The notes under the pieces are model-generated. The model was given only the letters and a program-made list of their open reading frames with translations. It ran no database searches and was not told the origin of the DNA. Both the position numbers and the translations under genes were made by a program. 64,000 nucleotides of DNA, from positions 2,574-66,573 of the forward strand of contig JAJBVL010000029.1 of the NCBI GenBank assembly GCA_020859845.1, written 5' to 3'. This stretch comes from Bacteroidales bacterium (GTDB lineage Bacteria > Bacteroidota > Bacteroidia > Bacteroidales > Muribaculaceae). Numbering within the stretch: position 1 is the first letter of the stretch; every line of letters starts with the position of its first letter. This document shows, piece by piece, positions 6,814-16,600 of this stretch.

Positions 6814-8559
6814 ATGGATAGATTGGCTCTTGTGTGTGCATTTTTCTTTCTTTCTTTTCATGCAAGCGCACAATCTTACTTCTCATGCTCCTTTGAAGAG
6901 GGCACCCTTAAAGATTTTATTACCGTTGACCGTGACGGCCTGACTCCCTCGGCCGACATGGCCTCGTATGGCTTCTCGGTGGGCAAAGGCTGGATAGCGG
7001 CCATCCCCAGCGGCGAAACCAACACAGCAGCGTGCAGCACCTCCTGGTACTCGCCCGCCGGCACCGCCGACGACTGGCTCATCACACCCTCTATCACCCT
7101 TCCAGCCGATCAAGCCGACATCGTGCTGCGCTGGCGAGCAAAGGCCAGCGATAAGCGCCATCGCGATGGCTACGCTGTATATCTCACGGTAGGGGAGGCT
7201 ATCTCCCCCGAAGAATTCACCTCCCAACCGATCTTATCAGTGGAGGAGGAAGAGAGCGTTTGGACCGAGCGGAAGGTCTCCCTCGCCGAGTATCAAGGCC
7301 AAACCATCACCCTCGCTTGGGTCAACAACTCGACCGACAAGAGTCGCCTCTATATCGACGACATCTATGTGGGCACCGATGCTGACCTCTTTGTGACCAT
7401 CGACAAAGGGCTGGCCACTGCCCGACAAGGCACTGCCGACCTTCCCTTCACCATCACCAACCGCGGCGCAGAAGCGATTGAGGAATGGCAAGTGACGCTG
7501 ATCACCGACGAAGGCTCCCAGACGTTCACCTATAATAATAGTATAGCTTCCGGAGAGAGTCTTTCTCTATCGATCGACGATGCGTTGCCCCTCCAAACCT
7601 TAGTCCCCACCGAGTATACCCTCATAGCCGAGGCCAATGGCAAGAAGTATGCAGCCTCATCGAGCCTCACGTCGTATCCCAAGCGAGTGGTGTGTGAGGA
7701 CGTGACGGGCATGTGGTGTCAATATTGCGTACGAGGCATCGTGGAGCTTGATGAGATACGCGAGAATTATGCCGACTTCATAATAGGGTTGGCCGTGCAT
7801 AGCGGCGACGACCTTCAGATCGACGACTACACCATCGGTATCCAAGACTATATCGACATCTCGGGGCTGCCTGCTGGGGGCATCGACCGCCGTCAGCAAT
7901 GCGACCCTGGGGCCTTCATCTCATCCTTTCAAGCCGCTATCGATCGCGAAACCGTATTCTCTGCCCTCTCGCTTGAGCCTGTCATCAATCCCGCCACTCA
8001 GCAGATTGACGCTAAGACTAAGATACAATTTGCCGACGACTACCACGCCCACACGTTCTCCTTGGCCTACGTAGTGGTGGAGGACCGCATCCAGCAGCCA
8101 TCCTTCTATCAGAAAAACGGCTATGCTGATGGCGTGGCAGGCCCCATGGGTGGCTGGGAAGAGAAGCCAGAGGTGGTGTATGGCGACGACCTTTATTTCG
8201 ACGATGTGGTGATGGCTCTTGCCACCCCCTTCAATGGCGATGCTACGTTGCTACCTGCTGAGATACGCGGAGGCGAGACCATTGACCAGACCCTTATCTT
8301 CACTTTGCCCGACAATGTCTATAATGCCTCCAACGTTTCCATAGTGGCCATGCTTATCGACACCTCGTCGGGCCGAATAGTCAACGCCATCAAAGCGCCA
8401 TTGACCAGCGCCGATGCCATCACTGCCGTAGCGCCCGACGTCATCCTCCATGAGGCTGCCCGCTACGACCTCCTGGGGCGCCCAGTCGGTGCTGACTACA
8501 AGGGCATCGTAGTGGTGAAAACCGTAGAAGGTACCAGCTACAAGATAGTGGTGAAATAA
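6814..8559 (+). CDS. T9SS-sorted surface protein with a choice-of-anchor-J-like N-domain and a thioredoxin-fold CxxC module.
   Basis: The ORF track starts at a TTG at 6742. The ATG at 6814 gives the signal peptide MDRLALVCAFFFLSFHASAQ. Other motifs are DDWLITPSITLP, WCQYCVRG, and the C-terminal sorting-domain-like tail RYDLLGRPVGADYKGIVVVKTVEGTSYKIVVK. Confidence 0.65.
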   Translation: MDRLALVCAFFFLSFHASAQSYFSCSFEEGTLKDFITVDRDGLTPSADMASYGFSVGKGWIAAIPSGETNTAACSTSWYSPAGTADDWLITPSITLPADQADIVLRWRAKASDKRHRDGYAVYLTVGEAISPEEFTSQPILSVEEEESVWTERKVSLAEYQGQTITLAWVNNSTDKSRLYIDDIYVGTDADLFVTIDKGLATARQGTADLPFTITNRGAEAIEEWQVTLITDEGSQTFTYNNSIASGESLSLSIDDALPLQTLVPTEYTLIAEANGKKYAASSSLTSYPKRVVCEDVTGMWCQYCVRGIVELDEIRENYADFIIGLAVHSGDDLQIDDYTIGIQDYIDISGLPAGGIDRRQQCDPGAFISSFQAAIDRETVFSALSLEPVINPATQQIDAKTKIQFADDYHAHTFSLAYVVVEDRIQQPSFYQKNGYADGVAGPMGGWEEKPEVVYGDDLYFDDVVMALATPFNGDATLLPAEIRGGETIDQTLIFTLPDNVYNASNVSIVAMLIDTSSGRIVNAIKAPLTSADAITAVAPDVILHEAARYDLLGRPVGADYKGIVVVKTVEGTSYKIVVK

Positions 8560-8608
8560 GGCCCTAAAGAGCGGTTTTTGTTCTTTTTTCCTCTAAAAAT
8601 ACATTTTT

Positions 8609-8645
8609 AGTCTCAGAGTCTCCATTCCGTGGGGGTTCTGAGACT
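8609..8645 (+). terminator. Hairpin downstream of the 6814-8559 gene (weak terminator candidate).
   Basis: AGTCTCAGA ... TCTGAGACT forms a 9-bp stem with a 19-nt loop. There is no clean T-run. Confidence 0.3.
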
Positions 8646-8653
8646 TAAATTTG
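8646..8653 (+). promoter_or_regulatory. TAnnTTTG promoter motif.
   Basis: TAAATTTG lies about 120 nt upstream of the ATG at 8774. Confidence 0.4.
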
Positions 8654-8773
8654 TGGTCGAAAAGAAAGAAGCATGCTGCGCAGAGTGAAAAGGCTCCGAC
8701 TCGGCGAAGCGTGTTAGAAACAGAGTAATTAGAGCCTATCAAAAACAACCAACCACTACAACATTCATTGCTT

Positions 8774-11281
8774 ATGCCACATGTGTTACTCCACGTAGGC
8801 TGTGGGTTGCTGTTGTCGCTGGTAGCAGCTACTGGCGCTCAAGCCTCATCCCACCTTACCTCTATACCCTCGGCTGAGAAAGGCCACGCAGGAGCTCCCG
8901 CTCCCGAGGTGGTAAAAGCCTCCAAGACCTCTACGCGCGCCAGCCTCCCTGCGCGTGCTGCTACGTTGGCCACTGGCGTCACCGAGTTTGTGCTCATTGA
9001 TGAAGACTTCTCGCGCTTCACCAAAGGCACCCCCGACGAGCCCTTCTGCGAGGGCAACCTCGACTGGGACAACATGTTGTGTTCCTACTACATGACCCCT
9101 CCCGGCCTCTATATCGACGACGCTCTGACCGAGATGCCCGGCTGGAGCGGTAGCTTCGTGTTTCAAGCCGGCGGATGCGCTGTGATATGGCCTAACGAAG
9201 GCGACTGGGGACACCTAAATACCCCCCTTGGCGACTATTCGGGCGATATCACCGTCACCCTGAAGGCTCGCGCTATGCCCTGCAACTACGACACCTCGGA
9301 GATAGAAATAGCTCCCATGGTGGGCGGTTTCAGCAATGTGGAATACGCCAAGACCGACGACTCTAATAGCAGCTACACCTTCCGCCTGCGCGACTATGAA
9401 GGATGGGTGGAGATGACCTATAGCTTCCGCAACTATTCAGCCGATGCCAATGGTTTTATTAGCATCAGCGTCACAGGCTCCGTAGAGGTAGAATACCTTA
9501 AGGTGACTTGCAATCCCAGCGACTTCATAGCTGCTCCCCACATCAAAGAGATCACCGACGTGACCCCCACAAGCTTCACAGCCAACTGGGACCTCGTTGA
9601 CAACGCCTTCACTTACCTCGTGTTCCTGAGCCGCCTCGACTATCTCACCGAGAGCGACGCTGTATATACAGCCGACTTCGAAGGCACCAAGCCTCTTGAC
9701 CTCCCCGACTGGTCGATAAGCCTCGGCAAGCAGAGCGGCGTGGTGGAGGATGAAACCTCAGCCGACAACCATGTGCTCTTGCTGCGCAACGGTGATATGA
9801 TTACGGCTCCAGAATATATTGCGAAATTTCGCGACGTGGAGTTTTATCTCAAGGCTGTGTCGCCCACCACATCCATCACTGGCTATCTCTATCTCGACCT
9901 GAAGAAGGACGACGAATGGCAGACAGGCCTCGGCTTTGACCTCTCGTGGTTTACCACAGGCGACAAGGTGTCGCTCGACTATGAATTCTATGGCGACTTT
10001 GCCAACGAATACGAAGGCGTGCGTCTGCGCGTAGGCGGTCTGCCCGACGATGCTTATCTGCTGCTCGACGACCTGAAGGCCACCACCAGCCGCGCTGGCG
10101 TCCTGACTCCTATATGCTTGGATCCTGAGTTCCAAGAATTGGTGGATGAACTGCTGGAATATGGCGAGACTGTCCCCGACGAGTATCTGGCTTGGTGGCT
10201 TAGCATCAAGTATGGCGACGAGTGCTCCAAGTATACATTCACCGACCTTGATCCCGAGGCCGACTATTACTATCGCGTAGTGGCTCAGCGCATAGGTTTG
10301 CGCTCCGACTCAAAATACCAGCGCGCATTCGTGATAGCTGCTCCCGAGCTTCTTGAGGCTTCCAATGTTGATTCTCGCGGCTCCTATACTGCCAATTGGG
10401 AGCCTGTGGCCAAAGCTACTGGTTACCAGGTCAACAACTATGGTGCCGTGACAGCACAGAAGGATGGCATGTTTACCATCCTTGAAGAGGAGTTTAGCCG
10501 CGTTGATAGCAAGGCCGATCCTTTCAGCCCAGAGTCGCTCGACAACTACTTTGACATCACCAGCTTTGACGATTATGCCGACAACAAAGGCTGGACTGGC
10601 CTTGGCAACGTGATTGCCAACAGTTGCGTGGGCGTTATGGAATCCTACTATGTGTCGAGCACCCTTTCGAGTCCGGCTCTCTTCCTGGCCAACAACGACT
10701 GGACACGCATAACGCTCGTGGCCTATGGCGAGGCCGATGGCACTATGACAATGCGCTATGGCGACTTCTCAGTGACCCTCTCCTTCGATAAGAATGGAAT
10801 GATTGATGGCTATCTCGACCTGGAGATTTCAGGCTCAGGCAACACCCTCGACTTCTACTCAACGGACTATAATGCTTTCTGCCTCGACTATCTCAAGGTG
10901 GAGCAGGATGTGAAGGCTGGCGATGCTTGTTTCTTCCTCCTCTCAAGCCAAGAGGTGGGCCCCGACGTCACTTCAGCTACATTCTCATCCTTGGCCGATA
11001 CTGGCTACGATGACTTTGCTTATGATGTAGTGGCTCGCTACGAGAGCGACGGCGCGACGGCTCTGAGCCAGAGCGACAAGTTTATGCTTGTCAACCTTGA
11101 AAGCGGAGAAAGCCGTCTGTATGCCTCTATCACGTCTATTATGAGTACCTTTGGGGATAATGTCGCAGGAGAAGAGATAGGCCGTTACTCTATCACCGGC
11201 CAGCCTGTCGATTCTTCCTATCGCGGTATTGTGATCATACGCTACGCCGACGGCACGTCGCGTAAGGCACTTTTGAAGTAA
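8774..11281 (+). CDS. T9SS-sorted large surface protein with FN3-like repeats.
   Basis: The ORF track starts at a TTG at 8768; the first ATG is at 8774. It has a signal peptide ending AQA. The motif pair TSFTANW / SYTANWEPVAKATGYQV recurs. The C-terminal tail is RYSITGQPVDSSYRGIVIIRYADGTSRKALLK. Confidence 0.65.
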   Translation: MPHVLLHVGCGLLLSLVAATGAQASSHLTSIPSAEKGHAGAPAPEVVKASKTSTRASLPARAATLATGVTEFVLIDEDFSRFTKGTPDEPFCEGNLDWDNMLCSYYMTPPGLYIDDALTEMPGWSGSFVFQAGGCAVIWPNEGDWGHLNTPLGDYSGDITVTLKARAMPCNYDTSEIEIAPMVGGFSNVEYAKTDDSNSSYTFRLRDYEGWVEMTYSFRNYSADANGFISISVTGSVEVEYLKVTCNPSDFIAAPHIKEITDVTPTSFTANWDLVDNAFTYLVFLSRLDYLTESDAVYTADFEGTKPLDLPDWSISLGKQSGVVEDETSADNHVLLLRNGDMITAPEYIAKFRDVEFYLKAVSPTTSITGYLYLDLKKDDEWQTGLGFDLSWFTTGDKVSLDYEFYGDFANEYEGVRLRVGGLPDDAYLLLDDLKATTSRAGVLTPICLDPEFQELVDELLEYGETVPDEYLAWWLSIKYGDECSKYTFTDLDPEADYYYRVVAQRIGLRSDSKYQRAFVIAAPELLEASNVDSRGSYTANWEPVAKATGYQVNNYGAVTAQKDGMFTILEEEFSRVDSKADPFSPESLDNYFDITSFDDYADNKGWTGLGNVIANSCVGVMESYYVSSTLSSPALFLANNDWTRITLVAYGEADGTMTMRYGDFSVTLSFDKNGMIDGYLDLEISGSGNTLDFYSTDYNAFCLDYLKVEQDVKAGDACFFLLSSQEVGPDVTSATFSSLADTGYDDFAYDVVARYESDGATALSQSDKFMLVNLESGESRLYASITSIMSTFGDNVAGEEIGRYSITGQPVDSSYRGIVIIRYADGTSRKALLK

Positions 11282-11312
11282 GTGATACACTCTAATAATC
11301 TGTTTTTTTAAG

Positions 11313-11347
11313 AAGGCGGCTACCCGTGGAGGGCAGCCGCCTTTTTA
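11313..11347 (+). terminator. Rho-independent terminator of the 8774-11281 gene.
   Basis: AAGGCGGCTACCC / GGGCAGCCGCCTT forms a stem with one mismatch, followed by a T-run. Confidence 0.7.
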
Positions 11348-11354
11348 ACTTCCA

Positions 11355-11382
11355 CAACCCTGACAGGAGTTGTTTCAATTAG
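11355..11382 (-). repeat. Dispersed hairpin element (CTAATTGAAACAAC-hairpin family), inverted copy.
   Basis: The minus strand reads CTAATTGAAACAACTCCTGTCAGGGTTG. The same 18-nt head and GGGTTG tail occur at 27721-27750 and 27770-27798. Confidence 0.75.
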
Positions 11383-11397
11383 CCATTGGAATGTTGG

Positions 11398-11889
11398 TTA
11401 TATTTCTAAGAACTCCAAAGGATTCCCCAAAATCTGGAGGTAGCGCTCAAAATCAGGCCGCGCTATGACCAGCGTGGCCCGGCTGTCGTTGGGATGGAAA
11501 CTTAGGAGCTCCATCTCTTTTATCTTCTTGTCGAGAAAGAGGGTGACGTGATGCTCCTTGTCGTTGATAAGGCCAAAGGGCGACACACTGCCTGGCTCCA
11601 GCCCTAAGTAGCGCTCCATGCGTTGCGGAGAGGCAAAGGTGAGTTTGCCTTGGTGGAGTTTCTGCTCCAGTTGATGTATGTCGAGGTCCTTGTCGCAGTC
11701 GAAGCACACCAGATAGTGACGGTTGCCCTTATGGTTGCGAAAGAAGAGGTTCTTGCAGTGGAGCGACCCGTCGGGGAGCCAATACTGCTTGGCTATCTCT
11801 ATCGTGGGGCTTTCGGGATGATAGTAGATAGTGTAGGGGATGTCGTGGCTGTCGAGCCACTCTCTTACTATTTGTTCGCGTGGATACAT
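11398..11889 (-). CDS. YbaK/ProX-family aminoacyl-tRNA deacylase (prolyl-tRNA editing domain protein).
   Basis: The 163-aa ORF contains HCKNLFFRN, RHYLV and LGLEPGSVSPFGL, which are typical of YbaK/ProX editing domains. Confidence 0.7.
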   Translation of the reverse strand: MYPREQIVREWLDSHDIPYTIYYHPESPTIEIAKQYWLPDGSLHCKNLFFRNHKGNRHYLVCFDCDKDLDIHQLEQKLHQGKLTFASPQRMERYLGLEPGSVSPFGLINDKEHHVTLFLDKKIKEMELLSFHPNDSRATLVIARPDFERYLQILGNPLEFLEI

Positions 11890-11974
11890 TTTTGCGGTTG
11901 TTAGTCATTTCAAGGTGCAAAAAATAAGATTTATCTTGATATATTCAAGCGTCTATAGCTCGCCAAAACAATAG

Positions 11975-13513
11975 CTACTTTAAGGCCACTTTTACGGCTT
12001 CGTTGCCTCTCACTATTATATAGACGGCGGGAGGGAGTGGAGTGTCTTGCTTGACAGGGCGTCCATCGAGGGTGAATACGGAGGCTCCTGGAGCGTGGAT
12101 TGACTGTCCTTCGATGGAGTACCAGCCTTTATCAGCGTTTACAGTATGGATTGCCGTGGCATCCTCCTCTACAAACCAGAAGTTCTGCCAAATATATGCA
12201 TTAGCATAAGTATCAGCGCTGCCAGCCGGTATATGGAGCGTAGCGTTCATATATACTTGGTTGTCAAAGCTTCCCCAGCCTGCCGACGGTGGCGTGGTGG
12301 TATGACAATAGACATTACTTATGGCTGACGAGGCCTCAAACACCTTAGTCTCCATTGTTGGAGAGCCATAGAAATGGACCTCCGCGAGCGAGCGACACTT
12401 GCCGAAAGCCTCGTAGTAGACCTTCTTGACGTCTTCGCCAAGCACTACCTGTTTAAGCGAATCGCAGGAGTAGAAACCACTAGTGCCAACCTCCCCAGCA
12501 GGTATCTCCACCACGGTGAGAGATGTGCATTCCATGAAGGTCCCGTATCCAATAGAGGAGAGCGTGGCAGGGAATTGGAATTCTGTGAGCTAAGAGCATC
12601 CCTGGAAAGCCTCGTCGCCAATATCTTGTAGCTGGTCGCCCAGAGTGATGCTTTCCAATTTCTTACATTTATAGAAGGCCATGTCGCCAATGGTCTTTAC
12701 GGAGTTGCCAAGATTAAGGGTTCTGAGGCTGTCAAGAGAGGCGAAGGCGTACTCTCTGACAGTGATTATATCACCCAGAGAGGTTACCTTCTCTAGAGCA
12801 GAGCATCTCGAAAAGAGATAGGGGCCGACGCTAACAATGGCCTCTCCGAGAGTAACCTCTTTGAGCGATTTCTGAGCCTCGAAGGGCGAATATCCGTGGT
12901 CATAATCGCTGGTGTAATTTAAACGTCGGCCGAGATAAAGCGTTTTCAGCTTGAAGTAGCCGAAAGTGCCTATCCCGCGCTCGTTGGCATCCGTATAGGT
13001 ATAGGCTGGCTGTAGTTCAAGCGTTGTAGAGCCATCTTTGATGACCAGTTCCTCCACAGAATTGCAATTGGCGAATGCGAAGTAATCGATTTTTTCTACT
13101 GACGCTCCGATGGTTACCTTCTTGAGTCCATAACAATTCTTGAAGGCACTGGAGGAGATATTTTTCACCTTGTCGGGGATGACAATCTCCTGTATACTCT
13201 TGCAGCCGTAGAAGGCTCCTGAGCCAATTCGCTCTATGTTGTTGCCGAGAGTTATAGATGAGAGACCCTGATTGTCGTAAAAAGCATCTGAGTCGATGGC
13301 AATTACGCGTACTGCCTTGCCATTGTAGATGATAGAATCAGGAATGACGATATCGCCCACGTAGCCGTTGCCGCTCTTCTTTACCACCTTACAGGTGAAG
13401 TCGGTAAACGACACAATGTCGTAGTTGACACCATTGTCCACGATGTCTACAGCCTGTCCTTGCGCAGCCATCAGCCACAACAGCAAGGGTAGTATACGCC
13501 TAAGTATTATCAT
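11975..13513 (-). pseudogene. BspA-like leucine-rich-repeat (LRR_5) surface protein with a T9SS-like tail, interrupted by a single in-frame TAG.
   Basis: Fragments 12590-13513 and 11975-12535 are in the same frame (both ORF-track starts, 13531 and 12535, give remainder 1 on division by 3). Reading through the TAG at 12590-12592 gives ...AFQGCS*LTEFQFPATLSSIGYGTFMECTSLT, an unbroken LRR_5 repeat. The ATG at 13513 gives a signal peptide; the track start at 13531 is TTG. Confidence 0.75.
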
Positions 13514-13544
13514 AGGAAGTCGGAGTTGCAACGTTTTTATGCTG

Positions 13545-13552
13545 CAAAAATA
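13545..13552 (-). promoter_or_regulatory. TAnnTTTG promoter motif for the LRR gene.
   Basis: CAAAAATA on the plus strand reads TATTTTTG on the minus strand, 32 nt upstream of the ATG at 13513. Confidence 0.45.
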
Positions 13553-13652
13553 GCCCTTTTCTCTAAATTATCAAAGCCGATTCTGCTTGGGGTGGGGAGA
13601 TTTGTGGCCAAGAAGAGGTGATTTGTGTTGTTGTGATTCGGGGGAAGTTAGC

Positions 13653-13660
13653 TATATTTG
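13653..13660 (+). promoter_or_regulatory. TAnnTTTG promoter motif for the hybrid two-component regulator.
   Basis: TATATTTG lies 25 nt upstream of the ATG at 13685. Confidence 0.5.
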
Positions 13661-13684
13661 CAAAGTGAATTTTCAGCCGATATC

Positions 13685-16600
13685 ATGAAGACGAGGATAC
13701 TCATCATCATCACAGCTATGCTGCTGGCCATTTCAGGGATGGCCCGACCATTGATACATCAGCCCTCGCGCTGGCACAACGTCCGCATCAACTCCTATCC
13801 TACCACCGTCTTTGCCATCGAGCAAGACCAGGATGGCCTGATGTGGATCGGCACCAACGGTGGCCTCTTCAGCTACGATGGTCACCGCCTGCGCCATGCC
13901 GCTACGCTGGCACCTGAAGCGTTGTCGCAAGCCCACATCCATGCTATAGTGACTGTGGGGGAGGACGACCTCTATCTCGCCTCCAACAACGGCTTGCTGC
14001 GCTATCATAAGCCCACGGGCCAACTGGAGCGTCTCGAAGCGGAAAGCCTCCCCGGCGAGATGCGTGCTGCCGTAGAGGTTGACGGACGCCTGTGGCTTGG
14101 CTCGCTCTTTGGCCTATTCACCTATGATCTCGCCACTGGCACAGTGGAGCATGTAGCCACCCCCATGGGTCATCAAGCCGTATATGCCCTTCTCGTGGGG
14201 CCAAAAAACGAAATCTATGTTGGGACCTACGACGGCTTGGGCTGTTATTATCCTCAGTTGGGAGAGTGGCACACCCTGAAGCTCCTCCCAGCATCGCGTA
14301 GTTCCATTCTCTTTGTCAATGCCCTCGCATTCCAGCCCGGCAATCAGCGCCTGATAGTGGGCACTGAGAATGGCCTATGGCTCTATGACCTTCTTCAAGA
14401 GAAGGCCGAGGAGGTGAGGGATATTCCTGAGATTTCCGTAAAAGCTCTCGCCATCTCGCCCCTCGGCACCTTATATATAGGCTCTGACAAGGGTGTCTAT
14501 ATCCTCACGCCCGATGGCCAGCTGGAGCTTTGCCGCCACGATTCGCGGCAAGAGATGTCGCTGGCCAACAATGTGGTGTGGACCCTCTTCCTCGACAAAG
14601 AACAAGCTCTGTGGGGAGGCACCGAAGATGGCCTCTCGCTTCTGGCTGCCGACGATCAGATGGAGCGTATATCCCTCAGCGCCTTGACTGGCCGAGGGGA
14701 TGGTAGCCAAGTGTTCACCATCATGCGCGACGATAAGGGGCGCCTCTGGATAGGAGGAAGCAACGGGTTGATAGAGCAACTGACCGACGGATCCACGCGA
14801 TGGTTTAATGTAGGCGACCCTTCATGGCCAATCTCCCACAGCCGCATCCGACAGATATATCAGACGAGCGATGGTGCCGTATGGACCACCTCCGATGGGG
14901 GCCTAAACCGCCTTGACGAGACCACTGGCCAGATGATCAACTATCGCCTGACCGATGCCACCCATCGTCGCAACGCCAACTGGGCTTATAATATGGTGGA
15001 GGACGAAGATGGCACCCTCTGGGTGGGTTCCTATCTGGGCGGCGTGATGATGGCCGATTATCAAAGCCTTTTAAAGTCGGGGGGCAACTACGTGGCCGAC
15101 AGTATCATCACGCAAACTGAGGGCCTGCCCAACGACTTCATTAGCCAGCTGATAAAGGGCGCAAACGGCCAAAAGTGGGTGCTCAACTTCCGCGACAGCA
15201 CCGTCACTCTTCTAAATCCTCGCCAAGCGCCACTTTCCATTGATATAAAAAGCCTGACGGGGAGCTATCCTCAGGTGATAATTGCCGATGAAGGAGGAAG
15301 GATATGGTGCGGATTTGAAGGGGGTGTGGCTTTGATAAGTCCTGAAGGAGAGGTAGAGCGGTTTATCCGCTTTCCGGGATCTGCCAATGGCAATGTCCTC
15401 GCTCTCGAAAACGTAGGGCAGCAACTATGGGTCTCCACCATGGGCGGTGTATGGGCTATCGACAAACTTTCACTGGATGCCCACCTGCTGCCTCTGCCCG
15501 AGGAGAGCTATACGGCTCTCTATTACGACGAGGAGGGCCACGAGGTGTTGATGGGTGCGCTCGACGCTATCTATCGAGTGGATCCTCTGAGAGTGGCTGC
15601 CCATAAAGGCCCAGCTCATCAGGTGAGGGTGATGTCGGTGATGCTCGATGGAGAACCACTGCTGGGCGGGGAGATAGGCCCTACCATGGCGGCTTTCAGC
15701 GAGTCGCCACGCCTATCGCTCCCTCCCGACTATCATACGGCCCAGCTTGAGGTGTCGGCGCTCGACTTCCTTCAAGAGCTACCTCTGCGCTATGCCTATC
15801 AGATTGACGATCGCGACCTGACATGGAATCTTCTCGACGAGGGCCAAAACGTGATTACCCTTCCACGCCTCCCTTACGGCGCTCATCGCTTGAGCATTAA
15901 GGTGGCAGGCGCTGAGGCAGAGCCTTTGGTCATACTCCTCAATGTGGCACGCCCGTGGTATATCACATGGTGGGCTTTCCTTATCTACCTCCTCATCCTT
16001 GGAGTTATTGCTTGGTTGGTAACCAGCTACTTCCGGCGCCGCACACAACGCATTGCCGAGCGCCACGAGAGAGCCTTGACGATGGCCACTGTCCAAAATC
16101 GCATTAGCTTCCTTACCGACATGAGCCACGAACTCAAGACCCCTCTGGCTATGATACTCGGCCCAGTAAGCCAGATGAGGGAAGAGGCCTCCGATCCTCG
16201 GTTGCGTCGCCGCCTTGACACTATCTACGATAATGCCGTGAGGCTCAACACCCTCGTGCATTGCGCCGTGGAAATCAACCGTATGGAGAACACCTCCGTT
16301 GATCAAATGCTTATCCACTACCAGGCCGACGTGGTGTATATAGCCAAGCATATCTTTGACAATTACCGTCAGGCACACCCCGACAAGCATTTTGTGTTCA
16401 CCGCTTCACAGCCTTCGATTATGGCGAGCCTCGACGTAGTGAAGACCGAGTCGATACTCAACAATCTCCTCTCCAACGCCTGCAAGTATACCGACAAGGG
16501 AGCCACTATATCCTGCTCTGTGGAGCAAGAGGCCGACGAGATAGTCATCATAGTGAGCGACGATGGCGTGGGCATCCCCGAGAGCGAGCAAGGGATGATA

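Noticed and set aside
12590-12592. TAG recoding (read-through or a non-canonical amino acid) in the LRR gene.
   Set aside because: TAG clearly terminates other genes in the window (GH at 20279, PASTA protein at 51465, small ORF at 61767). No recoding context is evident. A nonsense mutation or a sequencing error is more parsimonious.
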